From positions 5,767 to 69,766 of the forward strand of contig CAYXNS010000004.1 in NCBI GenBank assembly GCA_964466315.1: DNA of 64,000 nucleotides, in the 5' to 3' direction. Each line of letters opens with the position of its first letter. The first letter of the stretch is position 1. Shown here piece by piece: positions 27,377 through 37,905 of the stretch. The position numbers were made by a program, and so were the translations under genes. The notes beneath the pieces were generated by a model, which worked only from the letters and a program-made list of their open reading frames with translations, ran no database searches and was not told the DNA's origin. Origin of the DNA: an uncultured Gammaproteobacteria bacterium. GTDB taxonomy: Bacteria; Pseudomonadota; Gammaproteobacteria; Steroidobacterales; Rariloculaceae.

Positions 27377-28576
27377 TTACCAGCGAAATAGCCGTACGGC
27401 GGTTCCTGCCGGGTAGACGTCCCGCCCGCGAGGCAGCTCGACAAAGCCATCGGTTCCGGCCAGACCGACCAAGTCTCCCGAAGTATTGGTCGGTCGCGGT
27501 TCCGCCATGCCGACGCCCGTGGGTGTCCAGCTAATGACGGCTGGCAGGAAATAGGTTAGATCAGCGGCGAATTCGATTTCGAAAGCCAATGTGACGCGCT
27601 CGACGCTCGCCGGTTGGAGTCCGAGCATCTGCTGCAACGCGGGCAAGACGTAGCGGTGCAGGCATACCATCGTCGATACGGGATTGCCGGGAAGAGCGAA
27701 TATGGGTTTGCTGTCGCGACTCTGCCCAAACCACATCGGCCGCCCGGGTCGCTGCTCGATGCGATGAAAGACGAGTTCGACCTTTAGTTCCTCGAGAACG
27801 CTCGGCACGAAATCATATTTCCCCATCGAAACGCCGCCACTGAGAATGAGGACGTCGTTCTGATCATGCAGCAGACGAATCGCGTCGAGCATCTTGCCGC
27901 GTTCGTCTTTGAGGTATGACCGCGTGACTCGAGCAACGCTGTGACGTATCAGGCTTGCTTCCATCGCGCGGTCGTTGCTCGAGCGTATCTGATAGTCGGC
28001 AAGTGGTTCGTCGACGTCGACGAGTTCATCGCCGGTAGAAACGACTGCGACGAGCGGTAGCTCCGCAGCCCGAATCGTCCCGCGCCCCGCACTCGCCAGT
28101 ACGGCAATCTCCGGCGGCCCGAGACGGGTGCCCGGTCGCAGTAACACGCCGCCCGCCTTCCTGTCGGAGCCGCGCGGATGGACGAATTGACCAGGCGAGA
28201 CCTCGGCGGAGTTGTCAACCTGTGCTTCGCTACGGGTTCTCGAGATTCGCTCGACCGGGATCACGCAGTCCGCGCCTTCCGGCAGCATCGCCCCGGTCAT
28301 GATCTCTATGCATCGGCCGTTGCCACCGAGGCTTAGCGCGGCAGCGCCGGCCGCTTGCGTCCCCACGACCTCGAATGCCCGGACACCACGCTCCCAATCG
28401 CTATAGGCCAGCGCGATACCATCCATCGTCACTCGATCGAACGGTGGCTGGTCTCTTTCGGCGTGAATGTCCTCCTGCAGCACCGCGTCAACGGCGTCGG
28501 CGAGCGCTACGCTTCGCGACCTCAACGTCGGCATGCGCTCGGATATCAGGCGTTCGGCGTCGGCGACGTCAGTCAT
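27377..28576 (-). CDS. moeA: Molybdopterin molybdotransferase
   Basis: PPFDRVTMDGIAL, ...VVSTGDELV, LILSGGVSMGKYDF, FALPGNPVST. ATG 28576 has GGAGAAAGC upstream. Confidence 0.9.
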   Translation of the reverse strand: MTDVADAERLISERMPTLRSRSVALADAVDAVLQEDIHAERDQPPFDRVTMDGIALAYSDWERGVRAFEVVGTQAAGAAALSLGGNGRCIEIMTGAMLPEGADCVIPVERISRTRSEAQVDNSAEVSPGQFVHPRGSDRKAGGVLLRPGTRLGPPEIAVLASAGRGTIRAAELPLVAVVSTGDELVDVDEPLADYQIRSSNDRAMEASLIRHSVARVTRSYLKDERGKMLDAIRLLHDQNDVLILSGGVSMGKYDFVPSVLEELKVELVFHRIEQRPGRPMWFGQSRDSKPIFALPGNPVSTMVCLHRYVLPALQQMLGLQPASVERVTLAFEIEFAADLTYFLPAVISWTPTGVGMAEPRPTNTSGDLVGLAGTDGFVELPRGRDVYPAGTAVRLFRW

Positions 28577-28725
28577 GCTTTCTCCATATCCCACGGTCCC
28601 GTAGCGGCAGGGGACGTTCATGTTGCCATAGGCTAATTCCTTGTTTCTAGGTGTGAGTTTTTTGTCACCGGGGCCGCACCCGGAACGTGCTGCTAATGCT
28701 ATACTGAAAAGCCGAGGAGGGAATT

Positions 28726-29214
28726 ATGGGCCGCAATTTCTTATTCGGTTTCGGGTGCTGTTTGTTGGCGAGTACCGTTTGGGCCCAGCAGACTGATAAC
28801 CGTTCCATTATCGGTGCTGGCAACGAGTTTCTTTCTGCCGGTTCATTCGCGATCCGCATGGGTCAATACGAGGAAGGCATTCGCCTAACCAACCTCGGTC
28901 TGACTCGCTATCAACCAAGCCGATCCGATCGTGCGTCGGCGCTATCCAACCTGTGTGCGGCACATGCAGCGAGCGGAAGTCCCGGTATCGCTATACCGTA
29001 CTGTGATGAATCGGTGAGCATGAATGCCCGAAGCTGGCGCGCCTACAGTAATCGCGCTTACGCCTATTTTCTCAAAGGCATGCTGGCGGAGGCGACGACC
29101 AATCTCGACATGGCTGCGGGCATCAACCCGAATGCCAGGCAAGTCATTCAGCTACGCGGCATGATCAACGAAGTCGGACTACGTCCGCGCGTTATCATGG
29201 AGGATCATCAATAG
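28726..29214 (+). CDS. Secreted TPR-repeat protein
   Basis: Signal peptide ...LLASTVWA/QQ, followed by about three TPR-like units (YEEGIRLTNLGL..., RAYSNRAYAYFLKGMLAEA...). Confidence 0.65.
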   Translation: MGRNFLFGFGCCLLASTVWAQQTDNRSIIGAGNEFLSAGSFAIRMGQYEEGIRLTNLGLTRYQPSRSDRASALSNLCAAHAASGSPGIAIPYCDESVSMNARSWRAYSNRAYAYFLKGMLAEATTNLDMAAGINPNARQVIQLRGMINEVGLRPRVIMEDHQ

Positions 29215-29249
29215 CCGTCTCCGCGCGACTGTGCGGTCGGGCTGTAGTA

Positions 29250-29936
29250 GTGCTGCTGCTATTAGCGTACTTCGTGCCCGGCCTCACTCAGATAGTGGAA
29301 TTAGATGACGGTCTTCTCGATCCGCGTGCTACGTGGAGTTGCGTGTTTTACGGTAACCCCGCACTCGGAGACGAGCGCGTTCTTCTGAGCTTCGCCCCGG
29401 ATCAGTCGACACTCATGGCTAAACCGAGCGAAGATGCAGCGCGTCCCTGGTCGCCGCTCTCACAATGGCAAGTCGAGGAGGACGTCCTCTCCTTTAGGGA
29501 TTCCCGGACGGGCCGTGAATTCGAGGCGAACCTGAGCCGCTCGACACTCGGCGGTTCATGGCAGACGCTCACCTTGCTCGGCGGCTGGTGGTGTACCGAG
29601 GCAGGCGAAGACGTCGATCTCGGCATCTTCGCGGCGGAGGGCGATCAATCACGGAGGGTAATGGCCCCCCTAATACCCGCGGTCATGGCAACGCCGGCTT
29701 ATCCACGGCAGGCGATCAGAGAGGCTAGGGAGGGGCGCGTGGTCATCTGCTTCGAAGTCGGTCCCAGCGGCCAGGTCCAGGATCCGGAGTTCGTGGAACT
29801 CTCGGACGATATTTTTCGCGCCGCGAGTCTCGACGCGTTGATGACCTCGTCCTATCAGCCCTGGTCCGATCGTAGTTACGAGCCTTCCCGACCTGCATGT
29901 CGAAGCTTCATATTTCGCCTGGACCAGATTTTCTGA
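29250..29936 (+). CDS. Hypothetical protein with C-terminal TonB-C-like domain
   Basis: GTG start directly after two in-frame stops. C-terminal ATPAYPRQAIREAREGRVVICFEVGPSGQVQDPEFVE...ASLDAL resembles the TonB C-terminal fold. No proline-rich spacer. Confidence 0.5.
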   Translation: MLLLLAYFVPGLTQIVELDDGLLDPRATWSCVFYGNPALGDERVLLSFAPDQSTLMAKPSEDAARPWSPLSQWQVEEDVLSFRDSRTGREFEANLSRSTLGGSWQTLTLLGGWWCTEAGEDVDLGIFAAEGDQSRRVMAPLIPAVMATPAYPRQAIREAREGRVVICFEVGPSGQVQDPEFVELSDDIFRAASLDALMTSSYQPWSDRSYEPSRPACRSFIFRLDQIF

Positions 29937-29994
29937 TCCTCGGCGTAGTTCCTCGGTTTCTGCCTCCAGCGCTCTGAACTAAGACCATACCGTC

Positions 29995-31407
29995 GTGCCG
30001 CAAGAGACCATCGTCCCACGCCTGGCGACTGGACCAGTGGGCCATCATCTCCGAGCATTGGCGATGCCGATGGCGATCGGGTTCGTCGCACTGAACTCCT
30101 ACAGCATCGCCGATACTTATTTCGTGGGCCAACTCGGTACGCTGCCGTTGGCGGCAATCGGCTTCACATTCCCCGTGGCTTTTACGATGGTTGCTATCGG
30201 CCTCGGTGTCGGTATCGGCACTTCCAGCGTCGTAGCACGTCTGCTTGGCACGGGCGACCACAGGGCCGTGCAACGGATTACGACACACGCACTGCTGCTG
30301 GGCGGGTTGCTGGGCATGATCTTGCTGTCAATCGGGCTCGCGACGATCGAGCCCGTGTTCCGAGCACTCGGCGCGGATGAAAGAACGCTGCCACTCATTC
30401 GAGAGTATATGCGGCCCTACTACCTCGGCAGCGTGCTGTTCGTCCTCCCGATGATCGGCAACTTTTCGCTTCGAGCCGCGGGTGAGTCCAAGGTGCCCGC
30501 GATAATCTTGAGTCTCTCGGCTGTGGTTAATATCGTTCTCGATCCTCTGTTGATCTTCGGGCTATGGGGATTCCCCCGGCTGGAACTTCAGGGCGCGGCG
30601 ATCGCCACTGTTGTGGCAAACGCCGTTACCGTCCTGGCATCGCTCACGATTCTGTATCGGCGCGAACGCATGATTCGAGGCCGCTATGTGGGCCTGGATC
30701 ACCTATGGGATTCGTGGCGGCGTCTGCTCCACGTGGGCATGCCCGCGACGGCGGCGAATCTGCTGTTACCCATCACGTTTGCCGCGATTACGGCGATGGT
30801 TGCGGCCTACGGCCCGGAGTCCGTGGCGGGTTTTGCCGTGGCTTCAAGAGTGGAATCCATCGTGTTGATCGTGGTCTTCGCCATGCAAGCCTCCGTCGGC
30901 CCGATCGTCGGGCAGAATCTCGGGGCGGGTCATATGGGTCGAGTACGCGGCGCGATCGATCTGTCCAATCGCTTCCTCTTGATTTACACCATTCTTTTTG
31001 CCGCGGTCCTGTTCGTGGTCGCGCGCACCCTGGTGAGCATCTTCGATAACAATCCCGTGGTCGTAGACACAGCGGTAGCCTATCTGCACATCGTACCCAT
31101 CACTCACGGGGCGTTCGGGCTCATGATGGTCGCTGTCGGAAGCTTTAACTCGCTGGGCCGTCCCATGCCTGCCGTCGTACTGACATTCGTCAAGTTCTTC
31201 GTAGTCTACATTCCGCTGGCGTTTATCTTGTCGCGATTGGTCGGCATCACGGGAATATTCTGGGCGAACGCAGTTTCTCACCTGCTCTTCGGAGTCGGAT
31301 CGCTCGTGTGGCTCAGGCGAGAACTCAATGCCCTCGAGGCGGAGACTCGGTTAGCAGGACGCCCGCCGAGCGTCGAGTTTCCGGCGCCGAGTGAGTCTAA
31401 TTTCTGA
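29995..31407 (+). CDS. MATE family efflux transporter
   Basis: 470 aa, 12 TM. LALPMAIGFVALNSYSIADTYFVGQLG is typical of the MATE N-terminus. Confidence 0.85.
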   Translation: MPQETIVPRLATGPVGHHLRALAMPMAIGFVALNSYSIADTYFVGQLGTLPLAAIGFTFPVAFTMVAIGLGVGIGTSSVVARLLGTGDHRAVQRITTHALLLGGLLGMILLSIGLATIEPVFRALGADERTLPLIREYMRPYYLGSVLFVLPMIGNFSLRAAGESKVPAIILSLSAVVNIVLDPLLIFGLWGFPRLELQGAAIATVVANAVTVLASLTILYRRERMIRGRYVGLDHLWDSWRRLLHVGMPATAANLLLPITFAAITAMVAAYGPESVAGFAVASRVESIVLIVVFAMQASVGPIVGQNLGAGHMGRVRGAIDLSNRFLLIYTILFAAVLFVVARTLVSIFDNNPVVVDTAVAYLHIVPITHGAFGLMMVAVGSFNSLGRPMPAVVLTFVKFFVVYIPLAFILSRLVGITGIFWANAVSHLLFGVGSLVWLRRELNALEAETRLAGRPPSVEFPAPSESNF

Positions 31408-32977
31408 CGACCCGGGCAGACTGAATCTCGACCTGGTAGGACGCGGAGTTGACGAACGGGCCGAGTCCTGTCGCGAGTTGTGTTCCAGCGCCGGGCGGCA
31501 GCGTTCGATTCAGCGTTCGGCTCGTCTGCCGTATGGCACCTTGCCCATCGACATAACGGATAACGAAGCCGAGATTTGCCACGACTACGCCTGTCGGGTT
31601 ACCGACCTGCACGATGAGTTGGCCCTGCGCATCGGTATAGGTGGCGACTTGCAGATATCGGCTCGGATTTCGCGGCAGATCGAGACGCACCATCGCGACC
31701 CGCGCAGCTTCCCCTGCGGGGCTGTTGGCCTCGGCCGCTACTGAGTAATGCTCGAGAGCGGTATCGAGATCATCTCGCGACTCGGCCAACGTGCCCAAGG
31801 CGTAGTGCGCATCGCCGGTAGCGAGCAGGTCTACGCTCGCCTCTAGATGAGCTAGTGCAGAGTCGCGCTGATTCAGTGCCTGATGCGCAAGCCCCTTCTG
31901 CAAATGATGGTAGAAGAACGTGTCGTCGATCGCGATCGCATCCGTATAGTGCTCGATCGCCGCGGTGATACGATCCTGTTGAAAGTCTATGTCGCCCTGC
32001 AGAGCGTGAAACAATGCCTCCTGAGGCACGAGATCAACGGCCTGAGCGGCGAGTTGCGCCGCGTCCGTAATGCGATTCTCCGCGAGGGCCGTGCGGCCTT
32101 CGTCGTAGGCGGCGTACGCGGGCTGATTGTTTCGCAGCGTGCTGGTCGCAGCCAGGAAGCGCTCGCGTTCGAGCACGCCGCCGGGCGGGATAGAGGCCGC
32201 CGTCGAGCGGTTTCTATCGACGCGTTCCTGCGACGGCGGATGACTGGCAAATAATCCCGCGAGCCAGCCTGCGGATTTGCCCTCCGACAATCTGACGAAC
32301 GTCTCTTGCAGAGTTATTACCGCTTGGGGGTCGTAGCCCGCCGCCGCCAGGTAGACGAGGCCGTAGCCATCGGCTTCGAGTTCCGCATTACGGCTGTAAC
32401 GCTGATTCAGTAGCTGGGCGCCTATGCCGGCCGCGCCGATGGCGAGGCCGGAGTATTCGCTGCTTTGCGCGGCAACCGAGGTCGCCAACAGTACACCTTG
32501 GAGTATCATGCCGCGTTGCATGGCCTGCGCGCCGTGACCGGCCGCTGCGTGGACAATCTCATGGCCAAGCACGGCCGCGAGTTCAGCCTCCGAATCGAGT
32601 TCCAGTAATAAGCCCCGGTTCACGCCGATCTTGCCGCCCGGGAGCGCCCAGGCGTTCGGCACGGAGTTGTTGAGAACGACAAACTCATAGGGCAGTGCCA
32701 GGTCACTCTCGTGCGCAAGCTCGTTGCCGACGCTAGCGACGTAGGCAGCGAGTTCTGGGTCGACGACGAAATCGCCGCCCTGCATCTGCCGCGAAGCGAA
32801 ATACTGTTCTTCGCCGATTGCGATCTGCTCGGCAATAGAGAGCAATGACAGCTCGCGCTCGCCGGTTACGGGGTTGACACTACAGCCGCTGACGCCAAGC
32901 GTGGCCGCTAGCAGCAAAAAATAGCTAAATGTCTTCAAAATGCGCCTAAATGCCGTGATCGTGCGCATATCGTCCAA
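31397..32977 (-). CDS. M48 family metalloprotease with C-terminal TPR repeats (BepA-like), lipoprotein
   Basis: Lipobox LGVSGC, HExxH in VLGHEIVHAAAGH, then TPR-like repeats. The 3' end overlaps the MATE gene by 11 nt (convergent). Confidence 0.85.
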   Translation of the reverse strand: MDDMRTITAFRRILKTFSYFLLLAATLGVSGCSVNPVTGERELSLLSIAEQIAIGEEQYFASRQMQGGDFVVDPELAAYVASVGNELAHESDLALPYEFVVLNNSVPNAWALPGGKIGVNRGLLLELDSEAELAAVLGHEIVHAAAGHGAQAMQRGMILQGVLLATSVAAQSSEYSGLAIGAAGIGAQLLNQRYSRNAELEADGYGLVYLAAAGYDPQAVITLQETFVRLSEGKSAGWLAGLFASHPPSQERVDRNRSTAASIPPGGVLERERFLAATSTLRNNQPAYAAYDEGRTALAENRITDAAQLAAQAVDLVPQEALFHALQGDIDFQQDRITAAIEHYTDAIAIDDTFFYHHLQKGLAHQALNQRDSALAHLEASVDLLATGDAHYALGTLAESRDDLDTALEHYSVAAEANSPAGEAARVAMVRLDLPRNPSRYLQVATYTDAQGQLIVQVGNPTGVVVANLGFVIRYVDGQGAIRQTSRTLNRTLPPGAGTQLATGLGPFVNSASYQVEIQSARVVRN

Positions 32978-32995
32978 AAAAATATGCTATTCGGG

Positions 32996-34081
32996 TCAGC
33001 CAAAGTTGACCGAAGGGGCGTTACTCGGTGTCGATATCTCGAGCCACGGCTCGATCCGGGACCGGTACTCCTGGTAGGCGGCGTACACGCGGGCAACCAT
33101 TGGGTCCGCCGCAGCCAGGTCGTCCAGGACCTCTATGCTATAGCGCTCCAGGGCCTCGAGTACGTCGTCGGGAAAGCGCCGGACGTCCACACCATGTTCG
33201 TCGACCAACGTCCGGAGGGCCTCATGATTACGCGTGTTGAACTCGGCCAGAAGGAAACTGTTCTCGGCAATGCAAGCCGTCTCGACGATATGCTGTAGTT
33301 CGTCTGGCAAGGACTCGTACGCCTCCCTCGACACGAGCAGTTCCAACGCCCCGGAGGGTTCTTGCCAACCCGGGTAATAGTAATATTGCGCTGCCTGGTG
33401 CAAACCAACCGCCATATCGTTGTATGGCCCGACCCACTCGGTGGCGTCGATCGCGCCAGTTTGCAAAGCCGTGAAGATTTCCGAGACCGCCATCAAGACG
33501 GGCAATACGCCTGCGCGTTGCATAACCTCGCCACCGAGGCCCGGGATACGCATCTTCAGGCCCTCGAGATCCGCGAGGGAATTAATCTCGCGGTTGAACC
33601 AGCCGCCCATCTGCGGGCCGGTATTGCCGGCCGGAAACGGAATGACGTTCTGCGGCGCGTAGGCTTCCCGCCAGAGTTCCAGCCCGCCGCCGTGAAACAG
33701 CCATGCGTTGAAGGCATCGGGAGTCATGCCGAACGGCACACTGCCGAAGAGTTGGGCTGCCGGTATCTGACCCCGCCAGTAGATCGGCGCGCTGTGCCCT
33801 AGCTGGATCGTTCCTCTCGAGACGGCGTCGAGAACTTCGAGAGCCGGAACGAGTTCGCCGGCCGCGAATACCTCGACCGTGAGGCGACCGCCCGAGAGTT
33901 CCTCGAGTCGCCGGGCCAGGCGGCTGGCGGACACACCATGACCGGGAAAATTCGGTGGCCAGGAGGTCACCATGCGCCATTGATGTCTCTCATCGCTGGC
34001 TGCCGGCTCATTCGTAGTGTCCGGTTGAGTGCACGCAGCCAATGCCCCGAGACCGCCATAGAGAAAGGAGCGTCTACGCAT
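32996..34081 (-). CDS. TRAP transporter substrate-binding protein (DctP-like, Tat-type signal)
   Basis: MRRRSFLYGGLGALAAC..., WRMVTSWPPNFPG, GWFNREINSLADLEGLKMRIPG. Confidence 0.8.
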   Translation of the reverse strand: MRRRSFLYGGLGALAACTQPDTTNEPAASDERHQWRMVTSWPPNFPGHGVSASRLARRLEELSGGRLTVEVFAAGELVPALEVLDAVSRGTIQLGHSAPIYWRGQIPAAQLFGSVPFGMTPDAFNAWLFHGGGLELWREAYAPQNVIPFPAGNTGPQMGGWFNREINSLADLEGLKMRIPGLGGEVMQRAGVLPVLMAVSEIFTALQTGAIDATEWVGPYNDMAVGLHQAAQYYYYPGWQEPSGALELLVSREAYESLPDELQHIVETACIAENSFLLAEFNTRNHEALRTLVDEHGVDVRRFPDDVLEALERYSIEVLDDLAAADPMVARVYAAYQEYRSRIEPWLEISTPSNAPSVNFG

Positions 34082-34174
34082 CCGTCCATTCTGCCTTGGC
34101 GAAACCGCTTCCGCCAGACTTCGGTCGTCGCGGCGAATTGTGCAAGCCGGGGCTCATGAACGACAATTCGCCCC

Positions 34175-35869
34175 ATGGACAAGGAACCGACCCGGAGCCC
34201 AGATTTCATTCGCCAAATCGTGGCGGCTGATATCGCGCAGGGAAAACACGGCGGACGTGTGCAGACACGCTTTCCGCCAGAGCCGAACGGCTATTTGCAT
34301 ATCGGTCACGCTAAGGCGATATGCCTGTCTTTCAATATTGCGGCGGAGTTCGATGGGCAGTGCTTCTTGCGCTTCGACGACACGAACCCGGCCGCGGAAG
34401 ATACTGAGTTCGTGGAGGCGATCGAGCGCGACGTCTGCTGGCTGGGATTCGAGTGGGCCGACCTCACTCACGCTTCAGACTATTTTCCGCGGCTCTACGA
34501 GTTGGCGATTGAACTCATTAACGCCGGGAAAGCCTACGTCGACAGCCTCAGTGCGGCCGAAATCCGAGCGTACCGTGGGACGCTCATGGAGGAGGGAAGA
34601 CTGAGTCCTCATCGGGAGCGCTCGGTTGCTGAAAATCTCGAGCTGTTCGATTCGATGCGTCGCGGCGACTTCGATGAAGGTGAACATGTTCTAAGGGCGA
34701 AGATAGACATGGCATCGCCCAACATGAATATGCGTGATCCGACGCTGTATCGCATCCGTAAGATTCCGCATCAGCGAACAGGCGACGCATGGTGCATCTA
34801 TCCGATGTATGATTTCGCGCACACACTTTCGGACGCTTTGGAAGGAACCACACACTCACTGTGTAGCCTAGAGTTCGAGGACCATCGGCCGCTATACAAC
34901 TGGCTGATCGAGCAACTCCCGGTTCCTCACCACCCGCAACAGATCGAGTTCTCGCGCCTGAATCTCATGTATACGGTCATGAGCAAGCGCAAGCTCAGAC
35001 GGCTCGTCGAAGAAAAGCACGTAGACGGTTGGGACGACCCACGCATGCCCACGCTCTCGGGAATGCGACGGCGTGGTTACACACCGACCGCGATTCGCGA
35101 TTTTGTCGATCGCATCGGCGTCACGAAGAAAGATCATTTAATTGAGCTCGCTTCGCTCGAGAATTCCGTCAGGGAGGACTTGAATGAGCATGCGCAACGA
35201 CGTTTTGCTGTTCTCCGGCCGCTCAAGCTCATCATCGACAATTACGCAGAAGAAGGAGAGGAATGGCTCGAAGCGGCCAATCATCCGAATCGCCCGAAAC
35301 TCGGTTCGCGTCAGGTGCCGTTTACTCGCGAACTCTATATCGAGCGAGATGACTTCATAGAGGACCCGCCTGGAAAATTCAGGCGGCTAGCTCCGGGTCG
35401 CGAGGTTCGGTTGCGCTACGCCTACATCGTCAAATGCGAAGAAGTCATCAAGGATGCTTCGGGGGAGGTGACCGAATTGCGTTGCAGCTACGACCCCGAA
35501 ACCAGAAGCGGATCCACTCAGAGCCAACGAAAAGTGAAGGGTACGATTCACTGGGTATCAGCGCGCCACGCGGTCCATGTAGAGGTTCGATTGTACGATC
35601 GCCTGTTCAGGGTCCCGACGCCAGACCGGCAGGACGGTGAGCTCGAACAGCATTTGAATCCGGACTCTCTGGAGATTCTACCCGCCGCTGCGCTCGAACC
35701 GGCCCTGGCTGCCGCCCTCCCGGGTGAGCAGTTTCAGTTTGAACGGCAGGGTTATTTCGTTGTCGATAGAAATACGGATGGTGGGAAACCGGAGTTCCTG
35801 CGTACAGTGAGTCTGCGTGACTCTTGGGCTAAGCTGGAAAAACAGGCGCTACAACAGGCACAAGCCTAG
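34175..35869 (+). CDS. glnS: Glutamine--tRNA ligase
   Basis: DFIRQIV...[17 protein letters not shown] (HIGH), VMSKRKL (KMSKS). Confidence 0.97.
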   Translation: MDKEPTRSPDFIRQIVAADIAQGKHGGRVQTRFPPEPNGYLHIGHAKAICLSFNIAAEFDGQCFLRFDDTNPAAEDTEFVEAIERDVCWLGFEWADLTHASDYFPRLYELAIELINAGKAYVDSLSAAEIRAYRGTLMEEGRLSPHRERSVAENLELFDSMRRGDFDEGEHVLRAKIDMASPNMNMRDPTLYRIRKIPHQRTGDAWCIYPMYDFAHTLSDALEGTTHSLCSLEFEDHRPLYNWLIEQLPVPHHPQQIEFSRLNLMYTVMSKRKLRRLVEEKHVDGWDDPRMPTLSGMRRRGYTPTAIRDFVDRIGVTKKDHLIELASLENSVREDLNEHAQRRFAVLRPLKLIIDNYAEEGEEWLEAANHPNRPKLGSRQVPFTRELYIERDDFIEDPPGKFRRLAPGREVRLRYAYIVKCEEVIKDASGEVTELRCSYDPETRSGSTQSQRKVKGTIHWVSARHAVHVEVRLYDRLFRVPTPDRQDGELEQHLNPDSLEILPAAALEPALAAALPGEQFQFERQGYFVVDRNTDGGKPEFLRTVSLRDSWAKLEKQALQQAQA

Positions 35870-35980
35870 ATTTGGAGAGCCGGGCGTCCGGTCGGGCGCT
35901 ACCTAGTCTGCGAGGTATCTACCCTAACCATCTGTTACTATTGCGTTTAATAAATAAAATGAAACGACTAATCGAATCCT

Positions 35981-36364
35981 ATGGCTTTTCAACGTTATCA
36001 ACAGCGAGTTGAGGCAATGCTCGCAGCCGCCGACATCCGCGTCGGTGGTGACCGCCCATGGGATATCCGGGTCCTTAACAACGACTTCTACGCGCGCGTC
36101 GTTGCCCAGGGCACGCTCGGCGTTGGCGAGACCTATATGGCTGGCTGGTGGGAGTGCGAGCAACTCGATGAGATGATTTGCCGGGCTTTCCGCGCCGGCT
36201 GTCATCGCCAGATCCGCCCTCTCAAGTATTTACTTTTCGTGCTGCAGGCACGGTTCTCGAATCTGCAACACCAGGCCCGCGCTTATCAGGTCGGTCAGGA
36301 ACACTACGATCTAGGCCAGGACCTCTATCGCGCCATGCTCGACAAACGCATGATCTATACTTAG
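35981..36364 (+). pseudogene. cfa: Cyclopropane-fatty-acyl-phospholipid synthase, N-terminal 127 codons only
   Basis: RPWDIRVLNNDFYARVVAQGTLGVGETYMAGWWEC...QVGQEHYDLGQDLYRAMLDKRMIYT* is colinear with the first third of Cfa. The SAM-binding domain is absent. moaA starts 12 nt after the stop. Confidence 0.8.
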
Positions 36365-36376
36365 ACCGTAGAAGAG

Positions 36377-37423
36377 ATGGCTAGCAAAGTAACTCAATGG
36401 CAGGCGCCGGGCGAGGTTACGGACACCTTGTTCCGGCCGCTTCGCGATCTGCGTATTTCTGTCATAGACCGCTGCAATTATCGCTGCCCCTACTGCATGC
36501 CTGCCGCTATCTATGGTGAGGACTTCGAGTTTCTGCCGCGTCACCATTGGCTGACTGCCGGCGAGTTGAAGCGCGTCGCGGGCCTGTTCATGCAACTTGG
36601 AGTCACGAAGCTGCGGATTACGGGTGGTGAGCCGTTACTGCGACGGGATATCGTGGACATCGTGAGCAAGCTCAGTGATCTACCGGGATTGGAGGATCTG
36701 GCGCTGACGACGAACGGGGCTCTACTCACCGCAAGAGCGAAGGATTTGAGAGCTGCCGGCCTTAAACGCGTCACGATCAGTGTGGATAGCCTCGACGAAG
36801 CGGTGTTTACGGAGATGAGTGGTGGGCGCGGTGGCATTCAGAGCGTGCTCGATGGGATCGCCGCGGCGCAGAGTGCGGGTCTTGATCCTATCAAACTCAA
36901 TGTGGTCGTCCAGAAGGATAACAATGACGCGACGGTCATGGATCTTCTCGAGCACTTTCGCGGCTCCGGGCTGATCTTGCGGTTCATCGAATACATGGAC
37001 GTTGGAACGCTGAACGGGTGGCGCCTAGACGAGGTCGTCCCATCGAGAGAACTCCTAGAGCGAATCGCGGCGCGATGGCCGCTTAAGCCGCTGGAACGTA
37101 ACTATCGTGGCGAGGTTGCCAGCCGCTACGCTTTCGAAGACGGTCAGGGAGAGATCGGCTTTATCTCATCTGTCAGCGAGCCATTCTGCGGCGCTTGCCA
37201 TCGCGGGCGGCTATCGGCAGATGGGACGTTCTATACCTGCCTGTTCGCGAGCGAAGGGGTAAATCTTCGCAGCCCGCTACGCGGCGGAATCAGTGATGTG
37301 GATCTCGCAGGGCTGTTACAGAATATCTGGCGTCAACGGGCCGATCGCTATAGCGAGCTGAGAGAAAAGGAGACGAAGGCACCTCGTGAATCCCGCATAG
37401 AGATGTACAGGATCGGCGGCTGA
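36377..37423 (+). CDS. moaA: GTP 3',8-cyclase
   Basis: Radical-SAM CNYRCPYCMP, C-terminal cluster CGACHRGRLSADG. Confidence 0.95.
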   Translation: MASKVTQWQAPGEVTDTLFRPLRDLRISVIDRCNYRCPYCMPAAIYGEDFEFLPRHHWLTAGELKRVAGLFMQLGVTKLRITGGEPLLRRDIVDIVSKLSDLPGLEDLALTTNGALLTARAKDLRAAGLKRVTISVDSLDEAVFTEMSGGRGGIQSVLDGIAAAQSAGLDPIKLNVVVQKDNNDATVMDLLEHFRGSGLILRFIEYMDVGTLNGWRLDEVVPSRELLERIAARWPLKPLERNYRGEVASRYAFEDGQGEIGFISSVSEPFCGACHRGRLSADGTFYTCLFASEGVNLRSPLRGGISDVDLAGLLQNIWRQRADRYSELREKETKAPRESRIEMYRIGG

Positions 37424-37905
37424 TGCTGACGCACGTGGATCCGGCCAACCGGCCGACTATGGTGGATGTTGGAGATAAGGCGGTGACGCAAAGAACAGCT
37501 CGGGCTCGGGCAGTCGTTCTATTTCCCGAGAATGTAATTGCCGACACGCAAGTCGGAGAAACGCTGCGTACGAAGAAAGGCCCCGTATTCGATACGGCGA
37601 TCGTCGCCGGCGTCATGGCTGCGAAGCGCACCCATGAACTCATACCGTTCTGTCACCCAATTCCTCTCGAGGACTGTAATATCACGATCGAGTGGGGTGC
37701 TGAGGGTGAAATCGTCATCGAATGCGCCGTACGCGCAACACACAAGACTGGTGTAGAGATAGAGGCCTTTACCGGCGCGATGACCGCCGCTTTGACCGTC
37801 TATGACATGTGCAAGGCACTCTCCCACGGTATCGAGATCAGAGACGTCAGGCTCATCTCCAAGACGGGCGGCAAGCGGGATTTTGAAGCGGCTGAACCGA
37901 CGTGA
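37423..37905 (+). CDS. moaC: Cyclic pyranopterin monophosphate synthase
   Basis: LTHVD...MVDVGDK, LIPFCHPIPL, TGVEIEAFTGAMTAALTVYDMCKA. Confidence 0.95.
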   Translation: MLTHVDPANRPTMVDVGDKAVTQRTARARAVVLFPENVIADTQVGETLRTKKGPVFDTAIVAGVMAAKRTHELIPFCHPIPLEDCNITIEWGAEGEIVIECAVRATHKTGVEIEAFTGAMTAALTVYDMCKALSHGIEIRDVRLISKTGGKRDFEAAEPT

